A stretch of DNA of 64,000 nt from Sphingomonadales bacterium (GTDB lineage Bacteria; Pseudomonadota; Alphaproteobacteria; Sphingomonadales; Sphingomonadaceae): the NCBI GenBank assembly GCA_038204585.1, contig JBBRCT010000007.1:29592-93591 (forward strand), read 5' to 3'. A program made the position numbers and the translations under genes. The notes below the pieces were generated by a model. The model was not told where the DNA came from, made no database searches, and saw only the letters and a program-made list of their open reading frames with translations. Every line of letters starts with the position of its first letter. The first letter of the stretch is position 1. This document shows, piece by piece, positions 16,789-26,451 of the stretch.

Positions 16789-18171
16789 ATGAATGCGCCG
16801 ACTGCTGCTTTGGCCTTTGTGCCTGCTGATTTGCCGGTGACGGGGATGGCGGAGCTGGGGCATTTGCCGGGGCAGTTGCCGGCGCGGTTGCCGATGCTGC
16901 GGACAATCAATTTTTTGCGTGATCCGCTTGGGACTTCGCTGCAGTTGGTGGCGGCGCATGGGCGGGTGTTTCGGCGGCAGGATTTTGGCGGCTGGGGGGT
17001 GACGCTTGTGGGGCCCGAGGCCAATGAGCTGGTGTTGTTCAACAAGGACCGCAATTTTTCGAGCGCTGAAGGTTGGAATCCGGTTCTGGAGCTGCTGTTT
17101 CCGCGCGGGCTTATGCTGATGGATTTCGAGGAGCATCGGGTTCATCGCAAATCGCTGTCGGTGGCGTTCAAGACCGAGCCGATGCAGCATTATCTTGGGG
17201 CGCTGCTGGAGGGCATAGGGCGCGGCACGGCGGACTGGGGCGGGCGTGGCACGTTCAAATTTTATCCGGCGATCAAGGCGCTGACGCTTGATCTGGCGGC
17301 GGCGAGCTTCCTGGGCGTGCCCTGGGGGCCGGAAGCGGCGAAGATCAATACGGCGTTCATGGACATGGTGCTGGCATCGGTGGCGGTGGTGAGGAAGCCA
17401 TTGCCATTCACCCAGATGCGGCGCGGGGTGAAGGGTCGGGCGTATCTGGGGCGGTTTTTCGGGGCCGAGATACAGAAGCGGCGCGGGGCGGCGAGCGACG
17501 ACATCTTTACTCATATCTGCAACGCGCGGACGGATGATGGCGAGCTGCTGAGCGACCAGGCGATCATCGACCATATGAACTTTCTGATGATGGCGGCGCA
17601 TGACACGATCACCTCGTCGATGTCCTCCATGGTCTATTTTCTCGGGCGCCACCCGGAATGGCAGGAGGCGATGCGCGCTGAGATTTTGGCGATAGCGGCG
17701 AAGCATGATGGTCGGCTGCCTTATGAGGCGCTGGGCGATATGGACGTGACGGAGAGGGTGTTCAAAGAGGCGCTGCGATTGATTCCGCCGGTGCCGGCGG
17801 TGCCGCGCCGGGCGCTGGGCGACTTTGTGTTCATGAACCATCATATTCCGGCGGGAACGCAGATCGGTGTTAACATGATGCTTACGCACCGGCTGGCTGA
17901 TGTTTGGCCTGAGCCTGAGCGGTTTGACCCCGACAGGTTTACGCCGGAGAATTCGAAGGGGCGGCACAAATATGCCTGGGTGCCGTTTGGCGGCGGCGCG
18001 CATATGTGTCTGGGGCTGCACTTTGCCTATATGCAGGTAAAGGCATTCTTTTTTACGGTTCTGCAGACGCAGCGGATCGTGCTCGGCGAGGGTGCTACCG
18101 GCGAATTCCAGATGTTTCCGATTCCGCGGCCCAAGGATGGTTTGCCGGTGAAGTTTGAACGGATCTTATAA
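16789..18171 (+). CDS. Cytochrome P450
   Basis: I-helix AAHDT, EALR, PERFDP, heme motif FGGGAHMCLG. Confidence 0.96.
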   Translation: MNAPTAALAFVPADLPVTGMAELGHLPGQLPARLPMLRTINFLRDPLGTSLQLVAAHGRVFRRQDFGGWGVTLVGPEANELVLFNKDRNFSSAEGWNPVLELLFPRGLMLMDFEEHRVHRKSLSVAFKTEPMQHYLGALLEGIGRGTADWGGRGTFKFYPAIKALTLDLAAASFLGVPWGPEAAKINTAFMDMVLASVAVVRKPLPFTQMRRGVKGRAYLGRFFGAEIQKRRGAASDDIFTHICNARTDDGELLSDQAIIDHMNFLMMAAHDTITSSMSSMVYFLGRHPEWQEAMRAEILAIAAKHDGRLPYEALGDMDVTERVFKEALRLIPPVPAVPRRALGDFVFMNHHIPAGTQIGVNMMLTHRLADVWPEPERFDPDRFTPENSKGRHKYAWVPFGGGAHMCLGLHFAYMQVKAFFFTVLQTQRIVLGEGATGEFQMFPIPRPKDGLPVKFERIL

Positions 18172-19172
18172 TGGCGCGACTGTTTAAATGGCTGGGCTTT
18201 GCCCTGCTTGGTCTTGTGCTTCTCGTGACCGGGCTGCTGGTTGCGGGGCGGGTCCCCGATAGCGACGGGGCGGCGATGCGGGCGAAATATTCGAATGCGG
18301 CGTCGCGATTTGTCGAGCTTGCGCCGGGGACGACGATCCATGTGCGCGACGAAGGACCGGCGCAGGCGCCGGTGATTATGCTGCTGCATGGGTCGAACGC
18401 TTCGCTGCAGACGTGGGAGCCCTGGGTTGAACGTCTGAAGGGTCGCTACCGCGTTGTGAGCCTTGATTTTCCCGCACACGGTCTGACCGGGCCATCGGCC
18501 GATGGTGATTATACCGGGGCGGCCTATGTCGAGATCGTTGAGGGCGTGCGCGCGAAGCTTGGGATCGAGCGGATGGTGCTGGGGGGTAATTCCATGGGTG
18601 GCGGCGTGGCGTGGCGCTATGCTGTGAAATATCCTGATCGGCTGGCGGGACTGGTGTTGGTGGATGCCAGCGGGCAGCCACAGCCGCAGGGCTCGACGCC
18701 GCCGCTGGGCTTTTATCTGGCGCGAGTTCCGGTGGTTCGGGATATTTTGGCGAGCGTGACGCCGCGCTGGATCATCGAGCGCTCGCTTCGGCAGTCTGTT
18801 TCAGTTGGCGAGATTGTCGATGATGCGATGATCGACCGCTATTGGGAATTGCTGCTGTATCCCGGCAACCGTCAGGCGACGCTCGACCGGTTCAGCCAAT
18901 ATGGCGAGCCGCCGAATGGGGACTTGTTGCGGACGCTGGAGGTGCCAACGGTGGTGCTATGGGGCCGCGAGGACAAGCTGATTCCGGTGAGTGTGGCGGG
19001 TTGGTTTGCCGAGCGGCTGCCCAATGCGCGGGTGACGGTGTTGGACGGGGTGGGGCATATCCCGATGGAAGAAGCGCCTGACCGGGCTATAGTACCGGTG
19101 TTAAAGCTGCTTAGCGAAGTTTATCCAGACCCCGCTTTGCCAGCGCCAGCAACCGCCGCTGGCGGTGAATGA
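18171..19172 (+). CDS. Membrane-anchored alpha/beta hydrolase
   Basis: N-terminal TM, LLHG, GNSMGG nucleophile elbow, WGREDK, GHIP; TAATG overlap with the P450. Confidence 0.92.
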   Translation: MARLFKWLGFALLGLVLLVTGLLVAGRVPDSDGAAMRAKYSNAASRFVELAPGTTIHVRDEGPAQAPVIMLLHGSNASLQTWEPWVERLKGRYRVVSLDFPAHGLTGPSADGDYTGAAYVEIVEGVRAKLGIERMVLGGNSMGGGVAWRYAVKYPDRLAGLVLVDASGQPQPQGSTPPLGFYLARVPVVRDILASVTPRWIIERSLRQSVSVGEIVDDAMIDRYWELLLYPGNRQATLDRFSQYGEPPNGDLLRTLEVPTVVLWGREDKLIPVSVAGWFAERLPNARVTVLDGVGHIPMEEAPDRAIVPVLKLLSEVYPDPALPAPATAAGGE

Positions 19173-19575
19173 AGAGTAGCTGGGCTGAGAGCCATACGAA
19201 TGGGGTGAGCAGGCCGGCACCGATTGTGAGATCATCGGTGTAAGTGGTTGTGCCGTCGTGATTGTCGCTGACGGTTATGGTGTGATCCCAGCGTTTGATC
19301 AGCGGGCCATGGCCATTGTCACGCAAGCGGGCGATGCCGGGGGATGGTGGGGGCCAGCTTATATCGATGGTCTGTGGGCCGAGCGGCAGGACGCCGAACA
19401 GCCGCAACTTGACGCGGTGGGTGCCGCCTGGCCATCGGGCGGGGTAACCGCCGGGTTCGTCCGATATGAGCTGCATGAGAGGCGCTGCGGCCGCTTGCAT
19501 CAGTGCAGGGCGGTCAAGGGCTTCAGCGACTTTGGTGAAAGGTGCGGCGAGCACAACCTGCCGTTGCAGGCGCAT
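19111..19575 (-). CDS. SRPBCC/START-like small protein
   Basis: WDHTITV...TTYTDDL...C-terminal helix FIHRQRRL pattern; 62-nt convergent overlap with the hydrolase. Confidence 0.65.
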   Translation of the reverse strand: MRLQRQVVLAAPFTKVAEALDRPALMQAAAAPLMQLISDEPGGYPARWPGGTHRVKLRLFGVLPLGPQTIDISWPPPSPGIARLRDNGHGPLIKRWDHTITVSDNHDGTTTYTDDLTIGAGLLTPFVWLSAQLLFIHRQRRLLALAKRGLDKLR

Positions 19576-19577
19576 TA

Positions 19578-19764
19578 TGTCGTGAACTCACAAATATTAT
19601 GCCCAGGCACGAGCCTCTCCGGGCCGCCCTTAGGGTGACCAGAGGAAGCCAGATGCCGTCGTTTCGAGAGCTTGCCGGGGGCCGATGGCCCGCCAGCACT
19701 CGCGCGCCTGGGCATCTGGCTTCCGCAGGTCATGACGGGACATGATATTTGAGATTTCACGACC
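19578..19764. mobile_element. 187-bp MITE, IS5-family (IS427-group-like) ends, TA target duplication
   Basis: Terminal inverted repeats GTCGTGAACTCACAAATATTATGCCC and GTCGTGAAATCTCAAATATCATGTCC (22/26 identical). TA on both flanks (19576-77 and 19765-66). Internal 14-bp perfect inverted repeat. No transposase. Confidence 0.82.
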
Positions 19765-20333
19765 TAGCTGGCCGGTTCGATTTCGACTTCCGAGACCGCC
19801 ATGTCTCTTGACAGCTTATTGGAGCGGAGTTTGCCTGCGCCCGAGGCTTCGAGCTGGGCGAGCAGGTCGCGGACGGGTGGCGCCCAGAGGAAACCGTAGC
19901 TCACAGTGCCGTGCTTTGATTCGACGACGTGATGAAGACGGTGGGCCTGGACGATGCGCTTGAGATAGCGGCCCTGTGGGTTCCAGCTATGTTTGATGCG
20001 GCGGTGGACCAGAATATCGTGGAAGCCGAAGTAGATTGCACCATAGGCTGTGATGCCAGCGCCGATGGCGGTGATGAAGGGCTCGTTCCAGCCGGTGCCC
20101 CAGACGAGCAGGATGATGGACGGGACAGCGCCCATGACGGCGAACCAGTCGTTCATCTCGAAATTGCCGGGGCGAGGCTCGTGGTGGGATTTGTGGAGGC
20201 TCCAGAGGAAGCCGTGCATGACCCATTTGTGGGAGACGATGGCGACGACTTCCATGACCGCAATGACGAGGGCGACGATGCCGAGGCCCTGAAAGAAGCC
20301 GATCTGCGGCCACATATGGATGAAGTCGTTCAT
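19764..20333 (-). CDS. crtZ: Beta-carotene 3-hydroxylase
   Basis: His boxes HKWVMHG, HKSHH, FHDILVHRR, AHRLHH; NDWFA; VSYGF. Confidence 0.93.
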   Translation of the reverse strand: MNDFIHMWPQIGFFQGLGIVALVIAVMEVVAIVSHKWVMHGFLWSLHKSHHEPRPGNFEMNDWFAVMGAVPSIILLVWGTGWNEPFITAIGAGITAYGAIYFGFHDILVHRRIKHSWNPQGRYLKRIVQAHRLHHVVESKHGTVSYGFLWAPPVRDLLAQLEASGAGKLRSNKLSRDMAVSEVEIEPAS

Positions 20334-20397
20334 ATGTGCTCAATAGCGGCGGTGGCAGACCTTGGCGAGGCGTGAGTTGCCGCAGGTGGAGGGTTTG

Positions 20398-20703
20398 ATG
20401 CACGGGAAATTGATGGTGCTGGGGGCGCTGGTGGTTTTGGCAGGTTGCGCCAGTCCGGCGCAACGGATCGAGCGCAAACTGGTGGAGATTGGCGTGCCGG
20501 AAGGGCAGGCCCGGTGCATGGGCAGCCAGCTGCAAGCGCGGCTGACGGGCGCGCAGCTGCGACGGCTGGGCGAGCTGGCCGGGGTGAACCGCGAACGGGT
20601 TGGGCGGATGCGCCTGGACGAGATTGGCCGTTTGCTGAGCGACCCGCGTGATGCAGCGATGGCAAGTGAGGTGCTGCGAGCGGGCGTAGGGTGTTTGATT
20701 TGA
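20398..20703 (+). CDS. Small lipoprotein of unknown function
   Basis: Lipobox LAGC after a hydrophobic stretch; ARCM motif. Confidence 0.75.
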   Translation: MHGKLMVLGALVVLAGCASPAQRIERKLVEIGVPEGQARCMGSQLQARLTGAQLRRLGELAGVNRERVGRMRLDEIGRLLSDPRDAAMASEVLRAGVGCLI

Positions 20704-20711
20704 CGTTTTGA

Positions 20712-22904
20712 TCAGACGCGGGCGCGGCTGGCTTTCTTTTTCATTTTTTCGAAGCGTGTGGTTCGTGTGCCGGGTTGGCCGGCGTTTGCGCGGCCTCTGG
20801 GGGATGCGACACGGTCTGAGGGAGGGAGGCCGAGTTCGTCCATTTCCAGCCGTCTGATCTGATCACGGATGGCGGCGGCGGTTTCGAATTCGAGGTCGGC
20901 GGCGGCGGCGGCCATCTGCTTTTCGAGATCTGCGATATAGGTTTTGAGATTGTGGCCGACCATGTGCGGGGTTTCAGCGTCGCCGGTCGGGACGATGAGG
21001 CCGTCCTTCTGGCTGGTGTCTTTGAGGAGATCGGCGATGTCGCGCTTGATGGTGGCAGGGGTTATGCCGTGCTCGGTGTTGTAGAGCTCCTGCCTTGTCC
21101 GGCGGCGATCGGTCTCGGCCATGGCGCGTTCCATGCTGCCGGTGATGTGATCGGCATAGAGGATGACGCGGCCTTCGACGTTGCGCGCTGCACGCCCTAT
21201 GGTCTGGATGAGGCTGGTTTCGGAGCGGAGGAACCCCTCCTTATCGGCATCGAGGATGGCGACGAGGCCACATTCGGGGATGTCGAGGCCTTCACGCAGT
21301 AGATTGATGCCGACGAGGACATCGTAGACGCCAAGGCGCAGATCGCGGATTAGCTCGATGCGTTCGAGGGTTTCCACGTCCGAGTGCATGTAGCGGACGC
21401 GCAGGCCGGATTCGTGGAGATATTCGGTGAGATCCTCGGCCATGCGCTTGGTGAGCGTGGTGACGAGGCTGCGATAGCCTTTGGCGGCGGTGGCTTTGGC
21501 TTCCTGGATGAGATCCTGCACCTGATCTTCGACGGGGCGGATGGTGACCGGGGGATCGACGAGGCCGGTGGGGCGAATGACCTGCTCGACATAGACGCCT
21601 TCGGTCTGGTTCATTTCCCAGGGGCCGGGGGTGGCGCTGACGAAGACGGTTTGCGGGCGCATCGCCTCCCATTCCTCGAATTTGAGGGGGCGATTGTCGA
21701 TGCAGCTGGGCAGGCGGAAGCCATATTCGGCGAGCGTGAGCTTGCGGCGGTGATCGCCCTTCGACATGCCGCCGATCTGGGGCACGGTGACATGGCTCTC
21801 ATCGATGAAGAGCATGGCGTTTTCGGGTATATATTCAAAGAGCGTGGGGGGTGGCTCGCCGGGGAGGCGGCCGGTGAGGAAGCGGCTGTAGTTTTCGATG
21901 CCGGCGCAGGAGCCGGTGGCGGCGATCATCTCGAGATCGAAGTTGGTGCGCTGTTCAAGCCGTTGGGCTTCGAGCAGTTTGCCTTCGATGTTAAGCTCTT
22001 TGAGGCGCTCGGTAAGCTCGTGGCGGATCGCGTCGGAGGCTTGTTTGAGGGTGGGGCCGGGGGTGACATAATGGCTGTTGGCGTAGATTTTGATGAAATC
22101 GAGCTTGGCGATGGTCTGGCCGGTGAGGGGATCGAACTCGGTGATGGCCTCGATCTCATCGCCGAAGAAGCTGATGCGCCAGGCGCTGTCTTCATAGTGT
22201 GAGGGGAAAAGCTCCAGACTGTCCCCGCGCAGGCGGAAATTGCCGCGGGCAAAGGACATTTCGTTGCGCTTATATTGGAGGGCGACGAGCTTGCGGACGA
22301 TCTCTGACAGATCGGCAGTGCCGCCTTTTTTGAGGCTGAAGGTCATGGCCGAATAGGTTTCGACCGAGCCGATGCCGTAGATGCAGCTGACCGAGGCGAC
22401 GATGATGACATCATCGCGTTCGAGCAGCGACCTTGTGGCGGCATGGCGCATCCGGTCGATGGCTTCGTTTACGCTCGATTCTTTTTCGATGTAGGTGTCC
22501 GAGCGGGGGACATAGGCTTCGGGCTGGTAATAATCATAGTAGCTGACGAAATATTCGACCGCGTTTTCGGGGAAGAAGCTCTTGAATTCGCCGTATAATT
22601 GGGCGGCGAGGATCTTGTTGGGGGCGAGGACGAGTGCTGGGCGCTGCACGGCTTCGATGACCTTGGCCATGGTGAAGGTCTTGCCCGAGCCGGTGACGCC
22701 GAGGAGCACCTGATCGCGCTCGCCGGCGTTGGCCTCGGCGACGAGCTGGGCGATGGCGGCGGGTTGATCGCCGGCGGGTTGATATTCGGACGCGAGAACG
22801 AAAGGCCGGCCGCCTTCGGACTTTTCCGGGCGGGCGGGGCGGTGGGGAACAAAGGCTTCGCTCGTTTCGGGCTCGGCGAGGCTGGTGCGAATCTGGATGG
22901 CCAT
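20712..22904 (-). CDS. uvrB: Excinuclease ABC subunit B
   Basis: [42 protein letters not shown]-terminal UVR domain. Confidence 0.98.
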   Translation of the reverse strand: MAIQIRTSLAEPETSEAFVPHRPARPEKSEGGRPFVLASEYQPAGDQPAAIAQLVAEANAGERDQVLLGVTGSGKTFTMAKVIEAVQRPALVLAPNKILAAQLYGEFKSFFPENAVEYFVSYYDYYQPEAYVPRSDTYIEKESSVNEAIDRMRHAATRSLLERDDVIIVASVSCIYGIGSVETYSAMTFSLKKGGTADLSEIVRKLVALQYKRNEMSFARGNFRLRGDSLELFPSHYEDSAWRISFFGDEIEAITEFDPLTGQTIAKLDFIKIYANSHYVTPGPTLKQASDAIRHELTERLKELNIEGKLLEAQRLEQRTNFDLEMIAATGSCAGIENYSRFLTGRLPGEPPPTLFEYIPENAMLFIDESHVTVPQIGGMSKGDHRRKLTLAEYGFRLPSCIDNRPLKFEEWEAMRPQTVFVSATPGPWEMNQTEGVYVEQVIRPTGLVDPPVTIRPVEDQVQDLIQEAKATAAKGYRSLVTTLTKRMAEDLTEYLHESGLRVRYMHSDVETLERIELIRDLRLGVYDVLVGINLLREGLDIPECGLVAILDADKEGFLRSETSLIQTIGRAARNVEGRVILYADHITGSMERAMAETDRRRTRQELYNTEHGITPATIKRDIADLLKDTSQKDGLIVPTGDAETPHMVGHNLKTYIADLEKQMAAAAADLEFETAAAIRDQIRRLEMDELGLPPSDRVASPRGRANAGQPGTRTTRFEKMKKKASRARV

Positions 22905-22912
22905 GTCTGAGA

Positions 22913-23689
22913 CTAGCGGACCATGCGGCCGATGGCACGGGTGGCCCCTGCCAGATGCGCCAGGATGAAAATCCCGAACAGCAGCGGCAGCCGGTCACGG
23001 TGCATGGTTTCGGCGAGCGGATCGGCCGGCAGGTTGGGCAGCTTGAGGCCGTAGAGATCAACCGGCGTGTCGATCATCGCCAGCCCTGATACGCACGTGG
23101 CAACGATGAGTGCATAACCGGCGGTATGGGCGAGCATTGCCCGGCCTGATGTGGGCGGGCTGGGGCGCAGCAGCCGCTCGATCATTCGGCCGAAGGTGAG
23201 GAGGAAGATGGCGCCGCCGATGGCCAGATGGGTGGCGAGGAACATGGCGTGTTCGGGGACTGCGGGCGACAGAACGGTAACGAATTGGCCCATGGTGAAG
23301 GCGGCGAAGATAAGCACAGCGCTTGTCCAGTGCAGCGCACGGGTGACTTGCCCGTAAGCCTGATTCGTACCGCGGGCTGGAGGTGGATCGGTGGGGCCGG
23401 CGCGAAGTTGGCGGGGGATCGACCAGAAGGCGGCACCGGCGATGGCGACCAGGACAATGGCCTCCAGAGTCAGCCAGTAGGGCATATTGCTTGCAAGAGC
23501 AGCGGTGTTGGGGACAGCGGTATTGCGGGCGGCGGCGAAGGTTCCGTCGGTCCAGGCGAGGGCTATCGATCCGGCCATGAAACATAGCGCCAGCCCGGCG
23601 ATGGCGGCGCCCATTGCCCGCACGAGCGGACGATGCTGATTGAGGGCGACGGCGATGATGAGTGCCAGGGCTAGATAAAAGCTTGTCAT
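22913..23689 (-). CDS. Cytochrome b561-like membrane protein with extra N-terminal TM helices
   Basis: [26 protein letters not shown] provide four candidate heme His residues. Confidence 0.72.
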   Translation of the reverse strand: MTSFYLALALIIAVALNQHRPLVRAMGAAIAGLALCFMAGSIALAWTDGTFAAARNTAVPNTAALASNMPYWLTLEAIVLVAIAGAAFWSIPRQLRAGPTDPPPARGTNQAYGQVTRALHWTSAVLIFAAFTMGQFVTVLSPAVPEHAMFLATHLAIGGAIFLLTFGRMIERLLRPSPPTSGRAMLAHTAGYALIVATCVSGLAMIDTPVDLYGLKLPNLPADPLAETMHRDRLPLLFGIFILAHLAGATRAIGRMVR

Positions 23690-23767
23690 GGCCGCCTATG
23701 CAGCCGAGAGCGGGGCGGTTGGCAAGCGCATTGTCGACGCGGTCGAGCAATGGATGGGGGTGCGGCG

Positions 23768-23947
23768 ATGGGCGAAAAGTTCGAGCGGCACAAACAGCCG
23801 TGGACGACAGAGGAAGTGCAGAAGCTGCATACGCTGGCCAAAAAGGGCATGCCGATCCGCGCGATTGCAAAGGCTCTGACCCGCAGCGAGGAATCGGTGA
23901 AGGCGCGGGCGAAGGCGGACAAGCTGGGCATTACCGCACTTCGGTGA
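23768..23947 (+). CDS. 59-aa HTH mini-protein (Myb/GcrA-N-like)
   Basis: PWTTEEVQKL...GMPIRAIAKALTRSEESVK. Confidence 0.75.
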   Translation: MGEKFERHKQPWTTEEVQKLHTLAKKGMPIRAIAKALTRSEESVKARAKADKLGITALR

Positions 23948-23949
23948 CC

Positions 23950-24654
23950 CTAGCGGCAGAAACTGCCACCGCGCCGTGCTCCGTCGAGATGAAAATGATC
24001 AGCATGGGCAGCATTGTAGTCGGGCGAAAGGATCGTTCCGAACAATTTGCAGGCGCCGTTACGAACCTCGCGCAGGAAAGCCGCTTTTTCATCATCTCGC
24101 GTCCAATCGGCTGCCACAGTGATGCGCGTGCCGTCGGCGAGACGGAAGCCGGCGATATCGATGGCGTTGGCGGTCGAATGTTCTGAGCGGTTGCTGCTGC
24201 CTGCGATGTTGCGGCAGCTGTAAGTGCCATAATGGTCGATCCGCTTGACGTCGCTGCCAAAATGCTTCTGGGCGGCAGGGCGGACAATCTCGCGCTCCCA
24301 CAGGACAAAGGCGGCCGCGAGCGGGCATGACAGGCCCGGGTCGGCCGGGACAAGCGCTGATGCGATGGCGCCGCCCGCAGCCAGCGTCACAGCGTTGTCA
24401 TAGCCGCAGCGGTCGGCATCGCGCGGTGGCAATGGCGTGTACGCGACGTCGGAGGCTTCAAGCAAAACGAGACACCCCGGCGTATCATCGGCAAGCGCTC
24501 CAAGCTTTCGCGCGGTGAAGGGACCGATCGGATGCGACAGCGCAAGGGGCATCCACGGAACCTTTTCCGGATTGGCGACCACCCATTTCTGGAACTGCTG
24601 CCAGCCGATGGCGAGTGCTACTGCAAGCATGATCAGGACGATAAGGGCACGCAT
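23950..24654 (-). CDS. Extensin-like family protein (Zn-peptidase-like C-terminal domain)
   Basis: GTYSCR, SEHSTANAIDIAGF, ACKLFGTILSPDYNAAHADHFHLD; N-terminal TM. Confidence 0.88.
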   Translation of the reverse strand: MRALIVLIMLAVALAIGWQQFQKWVVANPEKVPWMPLALSHPIGPFTARKLGALADDTPGCLVLLEASDVAYTPLPPRDADRCGYDNAVTLAAGGAIASALVPADPGLSCPLAAAFVLWEREIVRPAAQKHFGSDVKRIDHYGTYSCRNIAGSSNRSEHSTANAIDIAGFRLADGTRITVAADWTRDDEKAAFLREVRNGACKLFGTILSPDYNAAHADHFHLDGARRGGSFCR

Positions 24655-25133
24655 TATGAGACGTCGACAATTTCCGCTTCTCCGGCCGGCAGCCAAACTA
24701 AATCGCCGACGCTGCGGCCGGTCAGCGCTCGTGCCACCGGCGACGCCCATGAGATGCGGCCCTGTGATGGATCGGCCTCATCATCGCCAACGATATGCCA
24801 CTGGCCTGTGCGGCCATCTTGATGCTCGAAGGTGACGCGGGTGTTGAAGCCGGCGCGGCCCTCGGTTGGGCGGGCTTCGACAAGCTGTGCCGAAGCCCGC
24901 CGCGCTGACCAATAACGCAGCTCGCGGGTGGCCTGTGCCATGGCGGTGCGATCGGTAGTGATGTTTTCAGATGACTGGGCGAGAGCATAGGCAGCGCGGG
25001 CGGAAGCGAGTTCGGAATCGAGCTGCGCCAAGCCACCCGGTGTGACGAGATTGGCGTGGGGCGGTATTGGCCGGTCGGGGAGATCGGCTGCTACCGCTTC
25101 CGCATCTGATTCCTTGGTGAAAGCAACACTCAT
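24654..25133 (-). CDS. GreA/GreB-family protein
   Basis: MSVAFTKE start, NLVTPGG, IVGDDEADP..GRISWASPVARAL. Confidence 0.85.
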   Translation of the reverse strand: MSVAFTKESDAEAVAADLPDRPIPPHANLVTPGGLAQLDSELASARAAYALAQSSENITTDRTAMAQATRELRYWSARRASAQLVEARPTEGRAGFNTRVTFEHQDGRTGQWHIVGDDEADPSQGRISWASPVARALTGRSVGDLVWLPAGEAEIVDVS

Positions 25134-25185
25134 CTGATTGATATGGGGGCTTGCCGGGCAGGGCGCAAATTGCAAGCGTAGTGAA

Positions 25186-26448
25186 ATGATCAAGATATTG
25201 CTTTTGAGCCTGATGCTCTCATCTTCGGCATTCGCAACACCCCTGGCGGATGTGGCAGCTGGTCGGACGGCGTCAACGGCCGGGCTGAGCGGTCTGGTGG
25301 GGGTGGTGGCGACGCGTGATGGGGTGCTGCGGGCAGAGGCGCACGGCGATGCGGTGATTGGCGCGCGGGCGATGACCGTGGAAACGCCGATGCGGGTAGC
25401 TTCGATATCGAAGCTCGTCGTTGCAATTGCGGTCTGGCGGTTGGTCGAGCAGGGTGTTCTTGATCTGGATGCTGATGTTTCCGACCGTCTGGGATGGCGG
25501 TTTGTGCATCCGCGTTTTGCGGATGCGCCGGTGACGCTGCGGATGCTGCTTGGCCATACGTCTGGGATTGTCGACGGGCCGGGCTATGTCTTTCCTTTGG
25601 AAGCGACGTTGCAGGGATCGATGACTGCGGCGCACTGGGGGCCGGGGGCGCCTGGGCGGCGATTTGAATATGCCAATTTGAATTATGGTGTGATCGCCAG
25701 CCTGATGGAGGCGGCGACGGGGGAGCGTTTTGATGCTTTGATGAGCCGTCTGGTGCTAGGGCCATTGGGGCTTGATGCTGGCTATCAATGGCAAGGTGCG
25801 AGCGATGGGGCGGTCGCACGGGCGGCGGCGCTCTACCGCCGGGGGTCAGTTCAGGGTGGCTGGGAAAAGGGTGCGGGCTGGCTGGCGCAGGTCGATGATC
25901 TGAAGGGCGTGCGGCCGGACTGCCCGGTCAGAAGCGAGGCAGGATGCAATCTTGCGGCCTACCGGCCTGGCGCCAACGGCACATTATTTGGGCCGCAGGG
26001 CGGATTACGAATCTCGGCTCTGGGACTGGCGAAAATCGGCCGGTTGCTGCTGCGCGGTGGCGAGGTGGACGGGGTTCGTCTGTTGAAGCCCGAGACGGTG
26101 GCTGCGATGCGGGCGCCGGTGTGGCGTGAGGGCGAGGGTGTTCCGGGGGATACTTATAAGGGCCAAATGCTGTGTTATGCAGCAGGGCCGCAATGTCTGT
26201 CGGGCAGGGCCGGGGCGAGCGACCAGCCGGTGCAGGGCGCTGAATGGTGGGGGCATCTGGGGGAGGCTTATGGGCTTCTTGCCGGGCTTTGGATCGATGA
26301 TACGAAAGGCAGGGTGATGGTTTATGCGCTTACCGGGAGCGCAGAAGATCCGTTTTCGATTTTGCATCAGGGGTCGAGTTTCAGTGCTGTTGAAGATATC
26401 ATCATGCAGGCGCTGGCGGCGGAAATGCCGGACGCCAAGGGAGAATGA
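25186..26448 (+). CDS. Secreted serine hydrolase (beta-lactamase class C-like)
   Basis: Signal peptide, SISK, LLGHTSG, YAN, GHLG. Confidence 0.9.
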   Translation: MIKILLLSLMLSSSAFATPLADVAAGRTASTAGLSGLVGVVATRDGVLRAEAHGDAVIGARAMTVETPMRVASISKLVVAIAVWRLVEQGVLDLDADVSDRLGWRFVHPRFADAPVTLRMLLGHTSGIVDGPGYVFPLEATLQGSMTAAHWGPGAPGRRFEYANLNYGVIASLMEAATGERFDALMSRLVLGPLGLDAGYQWQGASDGAVARAAALYRRGSVQGGWEKGAGWLAQVDDLKGVRPDCPVRSEAGCNLAAYRPGANGTLFGPQGGLRISALGLAKIGRLLLRGGEVDGVRLLKPETVAAMRAPVWREGEGVPGDTYKGQMLCYAAGPQCLSGRAGASDQPVQGAEWWGHLGEAYGLLAGLWIDDTKGRVMVYALTGSAEDPFSILHQGSSFSAVEDIIMQALAAEMPDAKGE

Positions 26449-26451
26449 GCC

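Noticed and set aside
19578-19764. 6S RNA, riboswitch, or small ORFs (19542-19745, 19575-19760) as explanations of the long hairpin
   Set aside because: No zapA/ygfA context and no recognisable aptamer; terminal repeats, TA duplication and the restored TAATG fit a MITE better.
25186-26448. Beta-lactamase resistance gene
   Set aside because: The SxxK/YxN/HxG pattern fits the broad esterase/serine-hydrolase family; there is no KTG motif and no mobile context.
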